From the human T2T-CHM13v2.0 reference genome, Homo sapiens: DNA of 64,000 nt. The DNA is taken from NCBI RefSeq assembly GCF_009914755.1, contig NC_060947.1; one strand, written 5' to 3'. The notes beneath the pieces were generated by a model that made no database searches, had not been told where the DNA came from, and saw only the letters and a list, made by a program, of their open reading frames with translations. Below, piece by piece: positions 43,740-55,880 of the stretch. The translations under genes were made by a program, and so were the position numbers. The stretch's first letter is position 1. Each line of letters begins with the position of its first letter.

Positions 43740-45593
43740 GTAAGGTGTTTTGTAATTAAAATGAGTCACTCAAGATATCACTGCCCAGACAAGGGATACC
43801 CAAAACTATTTTACTCGAAGGGAAAAAATATGTAACTTCATACGATGTTCCATAAAACTGCAGAAATGCTTCCTTATGTTTCCCCAATTTATGCTCCTGT
43901 AATTCAAACAGGGAAAGTAATGAATATGTGTGGAGTTTCCCTTCCAGAATTGAAAGCATCCTTTTTGCAAAGGGATCATGTCTCTTCCTGGGTGAATAAG
44001 GATGATAGGACCCTTCTCCAGAGGGGCTCATCCCTGTTTCTCCCCTATTCCTGCCTCCTTCCTTTGCACAGACTGTCTTTGAAGTGCCTCCAGCATCATG
44101 TCACAAGGCAAATGTAAGTCGCATTAGGACTATAAATGAATTGGAGGAGTAGCAAATGCAATAAACTGGTTGCTGTCTTGAGATATGACATCTAAATCAA
44201 CCAATATATCTCAGAGGAAAGACGGCTTTTCCTCCTTCCTCCTTATTTACTCTGAGGCACTGTATAAAATGCTCTACCATCAAAGAAATGATGGCAGAAC
44301 AGAAAGTGGAGGTGCTATAAATTTCATGCTTGGCAGCTTGCACTAGATGTATTTCAAGGTAATGACTCTACCTAGAACTTTTCTAGAATGACCCCTGTCA
44401 AAGCCCCTATTCAGAAGCTACATTCACTTCTGAATGAGGTGACGAGAAGCTTGGAATAGGATTAGATAATGGATACATGTACAGGCTGCTAAGATGTTTA
44501 TGGCCTGTGGGATTTGCTGTGAATGCAGGAGCTGGGCCAGTCCAATTTCTTGCCAGCAGTTTGAAATTGGGAACTTCAGAAATGGAGTCAGTCACATGTC
44601 TGGGAGAGTGAAAACCGAAACATTGTGATTCTGCAAAGATACGGCTTCATTTCTAGTTCCTTGGGTGCTAGGTTGTTTCTGGTTTCCTTTCTCTGGATTT
44701 CCTGACGTTTCCATGATGTCTCATAAAAACGTGCACTTCTTGCCCAACTTGGGTTTCCTCAAGAGAGTATCTGATTTCACAAGAAAAACAACAACAGTCT
44801 CACTTTACACAAAAATTAGCTAATATGCACTGACTGTTTACTAGGTACCCGACCATATTCTAAAAACTTTATGGATATTGACTCTGTTATTTATCAAAGG
44901 GCATTATTAGGTATTTTAGCTACATTTTAAAATGTGGAAAATGAGGCTAGGAAAGGCACATTCTTCAGTGTGACTCAGATGCCACACCCTCAGCCTCTAT
45001 ATTGTGTGACACATCAGAGATTCACGTGGAAGAGTTAAGTTATATGTTTTACTGAAGGAAATGTGAATTCTGTACCGGATGTATTTTATGTGTTAGTTGG
45101 TTTATTTATAATATAAGGTTCTCAGCTGTCCTGCAACAGCCATTGGACTGACAGTACATTAAAATGTAAGTGGATCCCAATCCAGGATTTCAGTTAATTC
45201 AATTGATGACTGCTATTGGATATTCCTGAAGAGAGGGTGGATCTAGAGGGAAAAAAAAGAGAAAGCTGTGCATATGAGGGAACAATAATGATGACAACAA
45301 TTACAACAATAATGTAAGGAACAGTATTAAGTGACCAAGGAAAATTGCTCAATAGACTGTAACTGGACCAGGAGTAGGTCTGAATGAGTTGAGTGAAAGA
45401 AGAAGAGTAAAAGGTCAGAGCAGAACTCACTCCTGTGAGTACCAGGGGCCAAAGCCTCACTCACATTCTTACCCTCATACTTCTCCAAGTCTTCCTTCCC
45501 TGGGCAAGATCTCCCCCACCCTCTGGTCTCACAGTGAGGCAGAGAACATAGTCCTTGAAGCTTGACAAACCTACATTTAAAACTCCAAGTCTG

Positions 45594-45760
45594 GGCTGGA
45601 TGCAGTGGCACATACCTGTAATCTAGCACTTTGGGAGGCCAAGGTGGGAGGATTACTTGAGGCCAGGAGTTCAAGCCTGCAGTGAGCTAGGATTGCACCG
45701 CTGCACTACAGCCTGGGTGACAAAGCAAGACCCTGTTTCTAAAAATATACATGAAAAAAG
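45594..45760 (+). mobile_element. Alu monomer (FAM/FRAM-like)
   Basis: Single arm ending agaccctgtttctaaaaa. Confidence 0.8.
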
Positions 45761-46637
45761 TTAAAAATTCCATGGCTGCCAGTTTTGCGATTTTTTGCGC
45801 AGTTTCTCTTCTGTAATATGGACATATGGACACTTGTCACTTTGGAGGGTCATACTGTAATATAATGAATACACACACATATGTAAAAGTGTTTGCAGTA
45901 TCTGTAATGTATGCCTAACACTCATTTTTCAACATTCATTGGTCATCCACCTATTCAAGTGTCATGGAATCCTTGGAGTGTTGCTTCACCAGCCAGAAAC
46001 CTCTCTGGCCAGTGACGCCTTCTGCCTGGGTATTTCTTGCACCTGCTGGGCTCATTTCACCCACTTGGCCTGGCAGGTTGTGCTTGGCTTGCACTACCAG
46101 CCCAGATCTCATACTCGCCAAGTGCAAGTCAGGTGCGGAGTGGCAAGGGGTGTGTAGGTGAGCGAGCATGGGGTCCAGCCACTGCATGCAGCTAGGCATG
46201 CTGGCTGTTGCAGTGGGTCAGGCAGCTCCAGGTGCCAACACAGGTGCCAGCTCCATGCCAGGCTGTGGCTGGACAAGATGTACTGCACACAGCTTCTGCT
46301 GTGGGCACTCCCATCTGGACAAGGGAAACGTGGTGGTGTCCTGAAGCTTGGAGATGCCAGGAACTGCAGAATCCCAAAGAGGGTGTCACAGCCCTGGCTC
46401 TGAGAGCCCCTGGGTCTGGGCTCCCAAAAGGGAAGCAGCTCTTCTCTTCTTCTCGTCATCTGCACCGTTGTGAGCGGAGGTGCATGTTTCAGCCCTGTTT
46501 GTGTTACAGCTCTTTTAGTGCTGTTATTCAGTGGGTCTCAAGTTTTTGTCTCGTCTCCAGGAAGAATGAGGTACACAGACAACTGGAGGGTGAGCAAGGC
46601 AGAGAGGAGCTTCATTGAGTGGCAGAACAGTTCTCAG

Positions 46638-46890
46638 GAGACCCAAAATGGGTAGCTCCTTTCCACAGGCAGGTCATCTAAATGTCTATGCAGCCCTCAG
46701 TGGAGAGGAGACCTGCAGTGGGTAGCTCCCCTCCACAGACAGGTCACCCCAATGTCTGTGCAGCCCTCAGTGGAGAAGAGACCTGGAGTGGGTAGCCCCT
46801 ATCCACAGGCAAGTCATCCTGACATCTGTGCAGCCCTCAGTGGAGAGGAAACCCAGAATGGGTAGCTCCTATCCACAGGCAGGTCATGCC
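46638..46890. repeat. 70-bp tandem repeat (about 3.6 copies) inside the MER52-like LTR
   Basis: GGGTAGC recurs at 46650, 46720, 46790 and 46860; tgcagccctcagtggaga x3. Confidence 0.9.
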
Positions 46891-47444
46891 TTCATCTGCC
46901 CGAATCTGGCTGAGTCCGGGGTTTTTATGGGCTTCAGAGGGGAGGAAGTGCCTGCTGATTGGTCCGTGGGCGGCCATGGCCAGGCCAAGGAAAAGCAACA
47001 TTAGTTCTCACTGTGGTCTGTGGAACTGACAGCCTGGCCTCAGGTCATCCCTGGCTTGAAGGTAAGGCCTCACCAGTGACCCACCCCTTTCCACCCAGAA
47101 GCCTGTCTGCCTCCTGCTGTCATCGACCTGTCATCCATAGTGCCCATGGCACCCAGACTGTTTACGCCAAGGGGAACCTGCAGGCCCACACAGAGCTGCC
47201 CTCAGCCCCACTCCTTGGCCTCCCTCCTGTGGTCATCAGTGCCTAAAGCCCAGAGGGGGCTGAGGCAGCAGGAGGCTGGTGTGTCAGTGCTGCCTCAAGC
47301 ACACACACACCCAGGTGAATCGTGACAGCATCTGGGCTTGACCTCAACTTTGCTGCAAAATCAGACTGGATACTGGGAGTGGGGAGAGGCCAGGCAGTTG
47401 GAGAAGGCACTTCTGAGCCTGTGGAGGGAGGGGAGCTTCCCAGC

Positions 47445-47812
47445 TGATATGGTTTGCCTGTGTCGCCACCCAAATCTTATCTTGAATGGTAACTCCCACA
47501 ATTCCCACATGTCATGGGAGGAACACTGTGGGAAGTAATTGAATTATGGGGACAGGTCTTCCCTGCACTGTTCTCTTGATAGTGAATGAGTCTCACAAGA
47601 TCTGATGGTTTTAAAAATGGAAGTTTCCCTGAACAAGCTCTCTTTGCCTGCTACCATTCATGTAAGATGTGACTTGCTCCTCCTTGCCTTCTGCTATAAT
47701 TGTGAGGCCTCCTCAACCACGTGGAACCATAAGTCCATTAAACCCTTTTTCCTGTATAAATTACCCAGTCTCAGGTATGTCTTTATCAGCAGCATGAAAA
47801 CGGACTAGTACA
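47445..47812 (+). mobile_element. THE1B solo LTR
   Basis: TGATATGGTTTG...GACTAGTACA; TSD CCAGC/CCAGT. Confidence 0.92.
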
Positions 47813-48261
47813 CCAGTCCCCAAGAGCACAGGGATGCCCAGGTCTGCAGCCATGGCTGGGTGGCTGCATCTGTGCCTGTGAGGGTGGGGCTCCACCCCTC
47901 TAACTCAGAAGGGGGTGGGGCTCCCGCCTGTTCCCAGCTCCCACTGGCTCCATGGAGTGAACAGCTCTGGCCACGTCTCCCCCACCACAGCCGGCATCAT
48001 GGCAGTGGCCACTCCAGACAGGTCTCTGTTGCCATCACAAGCATCCTTAGCCCATCCTCAGATGGTCTTTTCATCCATAATGCATGTCGTATTCTATTCC
48101 ACATGGCAGCTGTTCATACCGTGTTCACTGTTTTTGAGTTTCTAGTGCTTTACACCATCCCTCTCTCTGGACTCTTACTTGATTAAGAACATGGAATTCC
48201 CTTGGCTAACCCATTTTCAGGTTTTCTACCTGTCAACTCAAATATTATCCATGTCATTATG

Positions 48262-48595
48262 TTTTATTTTATTTCTTTGTTGTTTTGTTTGTTTGTTTGT
48301 TTGTTTGTTTTTGAGACAAGGTCTCACTCTGTCACCCAGGCTGGAGTGCAATGGTGCAGTCATAGCTCACTGCAGCCTCAACCTCCTGTGCTCAAGTAAT
48401 GCTCCCACTTCAGTAGCCCAAGTAGCCGGGACTACAGGCATGCACCACTACACCCAGCTAATTTTTCCGACTTTCAGTAGAGACAAGGTTTCACTATGTT
48501 GCCCAGACTGGTCTTGAACCCCTGAGCTCAAGTAATTCTCCCACCTTGGCCTTCCAGAGTGTTAGGATTACAGGTATGAGTCACTGCCCCTGGCC
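48262..48595 (-). mobile_element. AluJ with (TTTG)n tail
   Basis: Dimer ending tggcc. Confidence 0.9.
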
Positions 48596-49061
48596 ATTTA
48601 TTTCTGTCTCAGCAGACTTTTTTTGCAAGTCTCACCTGTTGTGCTGGGCTCTCAAACTCTTGAACTCATCCACTGTCCTCTCTCTAGGAACTTTTTCCAT
48701 CTGGAATTTTCTTTTGTAACATCAGCCCTTTCCTCTCCACCATCCCCTCCCACCCTGTGTCCGTCTTCTTAGGAAGATTTTCTTTGACCCTCCTTCCCTG
48801 ATACACTAATGCTTCATCACATTCTTGGTTGCATTCAAGCCTTTGCCACATCATAACACAGTAGTGCATGCCATTGATTTTACTTCTACCTATCCAGCTC
48901 GCCCTTCAACCATGGAACATCCCCTCTCATACAGTTGTCCATTTAGAGCTCTTCTTTCCAAGTAGTTGCCTACTCGAGTGACCTCTTTTCACGTTCATTC
49001 TAATGGAATGCTCAGTGCTATTTGACACTGCTAACCAATGCTTCTTTCTTCCATGTCCCCC

Positions 49062-49572
49062 CTTTTAAGAAGTTTTTTAGATTTAGGTGGTACATATGAA
49101 GATTTGTTACATGGGGTTATTTTGTGGTGCTGGGGTTTAGACTTCTATTGAACCCATCACCCAAATAGTGAACATAGTAACCAATAGATCATTTTCAGCC
49201 CTTGTCCCCCTTTTGGGGTCCCCAGTGTCAGTTGTTGCCATTTTTATGTCCATATGTACCCATGGTTTAGCTCCCACTGCTAACTGAGAACAAGTGATAT
49301 TTGACTTTCTGTTTCTGCATTAATTCACTTAGAATAATGACCTCCATCTGCATTCATGTTGCTGCAAAGAATATGATTCATTCTTTTTTATGGCTGCATA
49401 GTATTCCCTGATGTATATGTACCATGTTTTCTTTAATCAAGCCACCACTGATGGACCCTTAGGTTGATTCCATGACTTTGCTAGTGTCAATAGTGTTGCA
49501 ATAAACATGTGTGCACAGGTGTCTTTTTTATAAAATGATTTGTTTTCCTTTGGGCAGATACCCAGTAGTGGA
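49062..49572 (-). mobile_element. Older L1PA (PA15/16-like) 3' end
   Basis: cccatcacccaaatagtgaacatagta..tttagctcccact..tggctgcatagtattcc..atacccagtagtgga. Confidence 0.85.
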
Positions 49573-50414
49573 TCAGTCTTCCTTGTTGGGTCTAAGACAC
49601 TATACATTCCAAGTTCTCTTCTTATCTCATTAGATCATTCATTTTCCTTTGATGAATTATCTGTTTCCCCACTATTTCTCCATTATCCTATTCTTGCTGC
49701 CTTTATATTAAGTGTAGGGATTTCTCCTTTGACCTGTGTCTCCCCTGAGTTTATACTTACTCCTGGTTGTAAATATTTTCATAAAAATGACTTCCAGTTC
49801 CTTCCCCTCCACTAGTTTCCACCTTTACCTAGAATTTCCCTCAGTATTATAAATTCCTTGCTAGACACTTAAACTCAACACATTCCAAACAAAATGAATC
49901 AACTTCCCCTTTCCCTGAGGGAGGAAAAACAGATACAGTTGTACCCTTTCTTTTGGTTCATTGTATTACCATCTTTCAATTCATTTGGCCCCAAAATGTG
50001 GAAGTCACCTTTTGTTTCTTTCTCAACGTTTCATTCAATTTGTATCGAGTTATGTTGATTCCACTTTAGGAATATCTCTTGAACTTGTAAACTTTTATTG
50101 ATTCCAAATGGCAGTCTCTTAGTTCAGGGTCTTATCATATCTGATCTATATTATTTCTGACTGATCATTCTTCCTGCAGCTTCCTGCTCATGCTAATCTG
50201 TTCTACAGACAAATGCAAGAACTATCTTTCACGACACTCATTCTTCGACCTTATCTTTTCTGTCTCCATTGGCTCTTCTCTCTGTGTTTCTTAAGCGCTG
50301 GCTGTATCAGATAACTTGCCATTTCCTCTTTTTGTTTGTGGCCATCTATCTTGGCTCATGTTAGCAGATCCTGCTGTCTGGTATGACCTTTCTTCCTTCC
50401 CCTCTACTGAAGTC

Positions 50415-51040
50415 TGTATTAGTTTTCTGTGGGTGCCATAACAAAATACCACAAATGTAGCAGCTTAAAACATCACACCTTTATTATCTCACAGTTATAT
50501 AGGTCAGGAGTTGAGGTGAGCTTGGCTTGTTTCTCTGCTGGAATCTCTCAGATGGCTGGAATCAAGGTGGTCAGTGGCCTGACCTCTTATAGGGAGACTC
50601 TGAGGAGAGCCCACTTTCCAGCTTACTCAGGTAGTTGGAAGATTCAGCTGTCGAACTGAGGTCCCCCTTTCCTGATTGGCTGTCAGCCAGGAGCCATTCT
50701 CAGCTCCTCCTGGCTACCTGCGTTCCTTATCATGGTGCCTCCTGCATTTCCAAACCAGCAACAGTGCATTGAGTCTTTCCCATGCTTGGAATCTCTCTCT
50801 GACAATTCCTTCTACCACGTCTTCCTCTCCGACTGGAGAAATTTCCTCACTTTTTAGGGTGCATGTGACTAGATTAGGTTCACTGGGATAATTCAGGATT
50901 ATGTCCATCTCTTAAACTCTGTAAACTTAAATCCATCTGCAAATGTAATTGTTATACAACTTCACATATTTGTAAGTTCCAGGTATTAGAGTGTGGACAT
51001 TATTGAGGTGGAGAGTGGGGAGGGCATTTTGCCTACCACA
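50415..51040 (-). mobile_element. MLT1E-like LTR
   Basis: tgtattagttttct..ataacaaaataccacaaa..gcctaccaca. Confidence 0.75.
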
Positions 51041-51488
51041 AAAGTGCAGTAATTTCTCAGAATATAAACTCTATCTCTGTAAAGTGATTTTCACTTAGTT
51101 GCGTCCTTCGGGGTATTACCCTAACCTTGTACTTGTTAATGTCCTCTGACAATTGTGCAGTATTTTATTATAGGAACTTATTTACAAATATGTCTCCTAT
51201 TATCAATAATAAATTACATGAACTCAGAAAACATACCCTAATCACCTTGACATTCCTATGCAGAATCTCACAGTGCCTTATGTGTTTTTGTCAAGTAAAC
51301 TGAGTATGTTCCGTAATAATTTGCTGAATGTTTATTAAGCTTTTGCTATGTCTGAAGCATTGTTATCTTTAGATGAGAAGCAATTTGAAGACATCAGGTA
51401 GAGTTAAACATGATAGGTGAACTTTCGTTTGTGTTACATCAAGGCACACTGATGTATATAGAGGAATAAATACCCCCACATACTCAAC

Positions 51489-52024
51489 TGTATTAATTGC
51501 ATATTGACACATAACAAAATGCCACAAACTTAGGGGATTAAAATAGCACATATTTATTACTTTACAGTTACTATATGTTAGGAATCTAGGGGTGGCTTGA
51601 TTGGATCTTCTGTTTCAAGGTCTTCCACAAAGCTACAGACAAGGTGTAAGCCAGGGCTGGGGTCCTACCTGAAAGTTTGGGTGAGGAAGGAGTTGCCTCT
51701 AAGCTAATGTGGTTGTTGGCAGATCCAGTTCCTTCTCAGCTATTTGGAGAAGTCTCCCTTAGTTTGTTATCACATGGTCAGCTCCAGCATAGCAGATTGT
51801 ATCCACCGAGTGTGAAAGTTGAGATGGCAAGAAGATCTGAAAGCAAGGCAGGAGTTAGATGTTGTGTAACCTAATGATGAAATAGATACACCATCACGTT
51901 TGTAGTATTCTATTAGTTAGAAGCAGGTTACTAAGCGAGCCACACAGAAGGGAAGGGATTACACAGGGTGTGGGTTATCAGGAGGCAGAACCATTGGAGG
52001 CCATGTGAGCATCAGCTTGTCATA
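51489..52024 (-). mobile_element. MLT1F-like LTR
   Basis: ccacaaacttagg..ctattagttagaagcagg..gggattacacagggtgtg. Confidence 0.7.
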
Positions 52025-52370
52025 TGCACCCATGCAGAGACACAGATACATAAGCAGATTAAATCATTCAGTAGATGGAAAAACATGTGCATTAGGAGGA
52101 GAGAATGAAAGCAGCTGATCATAGAGTTTGTTGGGATTGTGACCAAGAAATTAGATGGAGGGGCTGATATTTTGAGGAAAGTGATTTAGGAGATGAGAGA
52201 AGATGAATGGAATCCTTTATTTATAAAAGCTTCTCCTCAAGGCTAAAGTTAGTAGTCTTGACATAAATGATCAAGTAATGCCCCAATGGTTAACAACCCT
52301 GTCTGCCCACTTCTGAACATATAAAAGCATAACATATTCCTGTGTGCAGAAATGAATACGTTTCTAGAAT

Positions 52371-53973
52371 GGTGGTTCTTAAATGGTTTGGTCTTAGGAC
52401 TTCTTTTCCATCTTAAAAATTATTGAGGACCAGCTTCATCCATGTCCCTATAAAGGACATGAACACTTGGACACAGGAAGGGGAACATCACACCCCGGGG
52501 ACTGTTGTGGGGTGGGGGGCGGGGGGAGGGATAGCATTAGGAGATATACCTAATGTAAATGACGAGTTAATTGGTGCAGCACACCAACATGGCACATGTG
52601 TACATATGTAACAAACCTGCACGTTGTGCACATGTACCCTAAAACTTAAAGTATAATAATAAAAAAAAATTATTGAGGACCTCACAGAGATTTTACTTAG
52701 GTGGGTTATGTCTATTGATGTTTACCAAATTAGATGTTAAAACTGAGAAATTTAACAATGTTTATGAATTTATTTAAAAGGCATAATAATCTTATTTCAG
52801 GTTAACATAAAAACAGGTTTATTAAAAATAACTATATTTCCCAAAGCAAAAAAAAATTGTGAGATACAGAATATTCTATGTTTTTGAAAATCTTTTCAAT
52901 GTCTGATTTCAGTAATAGAAAGCTGGATCCCCATATCAGCCGATGTACTCAATATCTTGCAATATATTGTTTTAATTTGTGTGTATGAAGAAAATCTGTC
53001 CTCTCGCAGAGATATAGTTTGAAAAAGATAATTAGATAATTGTGGATATTCTTCTTTAATACTATACCAAAACTCAACACGGATAGTTTCTTAAAGGTTC
53101 ATTAAAAAGTGTAATTGGAACCCATATCAAAAACCTTTCTGTCCTTTGTAACGTTAAAACCCATTGTTTTATCTTACATTTAGCATGCATATTTGACCCA
53201 TGCAAGATTTTGGAAAAATATTGGTTTACTAAGTTATGCATGACTTGCAAATATTCATACATTTCATTATACAAGATAAAAAAATTCACATTTATTGATA
53301 GCACCACTCATTTGATTAGGGAAGAATTTAAGTGTTGGGAGGTCATCAAGCTCCTGGCATCAGATGTAAGATTTCTATTTTTTTATTTTTTCTTGAAATC
53401 TTGAATCATATCCTCAACAGCAAATACTGTCAGTTGTTTTCCATGAAGTGAAAGGCTCACTTTGTTCGTGCTTCAAAAAATGTCTGCCAAATAGCCAAGT
53501 CTGAATTTCCATAGATTGACTGTTAGTCTTTGAAATATAAGTGGTAGCTACTATTTCACATCACCACTGAAATAGTGGAACGTGTTCTTTTCCTGGAGAC
53601 AACATCTAGCTTCATTGTATAGCAGGAGAGCTTTCTGTGTACTTCCCATCTCATCATGCAGAATATTAAAAAGACATGTATTCTGGAGGTGGTTAAGAAA
53701 ATCAAAATTTTTTATGTGAAACTAGCATCCCTTGACTGCAACCGCATGGTGGTGATGAATAAGTAGTAGTACCATGTGGGATCACTGCCTCGATCAGGTC
53801 TAACATGCCAGCCGTCTTTCCTGTTGCTTGTGCACCACCAGTGCAATTGTTAGCAAGGTAAAAAGAAGCCAGTGACATCTCAGTATTATGATGAAAATAG
53901 ATGTGTTCTCCAGTATCCCTTAAAATATCTCCCCAACTCCCAGGGGTCTGATGTACAACGTTGCCATTCACTG
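52371..53973 (+). mobile_element. Charlie1a-like hAT transposon (interrupted by L1)
   Basis: gtggttctt..tttggtcttaggac..tcttaaaaattattgaggacc..aaaactgagaaattt; end cagtattatgatgaaaatag..ccaggggtc. Confidence 0.75.
52432..52664 (+). mobile_element. Short L1PA 3' insertion with 5' inversion
   Basis: 17-bp TSD AAAAATTATTGAGGACC at 52415-52431 and 52665-52681; L1 3'UTR with G-rich tract and ..cctaaaacttaaagtataat. Confidence 0.93.
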
Positions 53974-55164
53974 CACTGCACTATAGCAAGCAGCATGTTC
54001 AAGTGACCCTCCAAGAGGAGATTACAAACATCAAGATCTACTTAACTCACAACTCCACTGTACTCCCTATCCTCAGCTACAATTTAGCTAAACATTGTCT
54101 TCCTCTCCAATCACTTCTCTAGATACCAGAATGAAGCAAAACTTCTCAACTTAGGAGGAAACTTAATACTGGCTACTTCTATATGAGCCAAAATTAGATC
54201 CTCAGAGCTTCCTGTTTTGTTATTTGTTTTTGGTTTTGATTGGTTGACTTGAATTTATTCTTTTGATTGTAGTTTGGTGAATGTCTGTCTGTTCAATGAG
54301 ACCCAATACCTCTTTGAGGATTTTGTGCCTTTCCTAATTAGTTATGCCACCCTTTGAAATATTCAACACTTTAAAGATCTTTGTTAAATAAAAATAAAGA
54401 AATATGTGTCATGTAATCAAACGATGGAGAAAATAAAGGTACAGTTTAGTGTATAAACCCCATAGAGAATGCAGCTGTCTTTGTTTCTGTAATAGCAAAA
54501 TAGCAAATTGAAAATAAAAGCAAATTGACACAATCTTTCAATTCTGTTCTACTAAAACACACCTTGAAAAGCTCATTGAAACATATAACAGAGGCAACAT
54601 TAGCAATTATAAATTAAAGCAGTTCGAGATAGAGAGAGAGAGAAATAGTGGTTAAAATGAAAAGTGATTAAATAACAACCTAACTCTTAAAAGCAAGTGT
54701 TCTATAATTGCTCTTAATCAATCCAGTTTGCATAGGGGAAATAGCTTAACGTGTAGAGGTGATTCTCAGTGCTCATGGCCCAGCAGCATTTCCATCTTAA
54801 AGCTTGTTTGGCACAATGTGGGTTAGAAATTTGTATAAATGCTTTGATTATGGACAATTTTCTATCCCAGGTGTTATCACTTTACATCTGCCCAAGACCT
54901 GATTTCCCAGATTGTACCAGCGTGGCTTTCCATGATGAAGCACCAACTTGTATGTCTTCACAGCCTGACAGAGATGGGAGAGCTTTAGGTTCTACTAACA
55001 AGGATGTGGCAATGATAATGGGGGATTCCTTCACTTTCCTCTGAGCCTCGGTTCACTTTTCTGTGAACTGGGAATAAAAACATCTCAAAATTGTTGTAAA
55101 AGTTGAAAATCATATATATGGAACACTTTGCACACAGCAGATAATAAGCATAACTATTGTTTTT

Positions 55165-55484
55165 ATTTTATTTTATTTTATTTATTCATTTATTTTGAGA
55201 CAGGGTCTCTCTTTATTGCCTAGGCTGGAGCACAGTGGTGTGATCACAGCTCACTGCAGCCTCAACCTCTCAGACTCAAGCGATTCTCCCACCTCAGCCT
55301 GCCAAGTGGCTAGGACCACAAGTGTGCACCACCAGGCCTGGCTAATTTTTTAATTTTTTTTTTTTGTAGAGATGGGGTCCTACTGTGTTGCCCAGGCTGG
55401 TCTCAAACTCCTGAGCTCAAGCGATCCCTCTGCCTTGGCCTCCCAAAGTGCTGGGATTACAGGCAGAAGCCACCATGCCCGGCC
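55165..55484 (-). mobile_element. AluJ
   Basis: Dimer; TSD AACTATTGTTTT / AACTGTTGTTTT. Confidence 0.92.
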
Positions 55485-55675
55485 AACTGTTGTTTTCATA
55501 AGGGCTATTCTGTGTTATCACATAGCCATTTTCCCATTTCACTGATGTCTGAGAAAACTATTTAAAAATAATGCAATTATCCTCATAATTTACCTCCTAC
55601 AAAACACATTCTCCAAGGCATTTCATTTACCACTAACAAACCAGCTTTTACCCTCACTTTGTTTGCTCACCATGT

Positions 55676-55880
55676 CATGGTAAAAGATGAATAAGTAGTT
55701 GTACAGTGTGAGGTCACTGCCTTGATCAAGTCTAACATGCCAGCAGTCTTGCCTGTTGCTTGTGCACCATCAGTGCAATTGTTAGCAAGGTAAAAAAGGC
55801 CAGTGACATCTCAGTATGATGATAAAAATAGATATGTTCTCCAGAATCCCTTGAAACATCTCCCCGACTCTCAGGGGTCT
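55676..55880 (+). repeat. Second copy of Charlie1 segment 53745-53949
   Basis: About 20 differences over about 196 nt by manual alignment. Confidence 0.9.

Larger units (their letters stand above)
45960..48037 (-). mobile_element. MER52-like ERV1 LTR (interrupted by a THE1B LTR)
   Basis: TG..CA ends; TSD CAAG at 45956-45959 and 48038-48041; GC-rich; minus strand starts TGATGGCAACAGAGACCTGTCTGGAGTGGCCACTGCC. Confidence 0.8.

Noticed and set aside
46638-46890. 70-bp repeats as a CRISPR-like array
   Set aside because: Eukaryotic DNA, no unique spacers, and the repeats are internal to the LTR.
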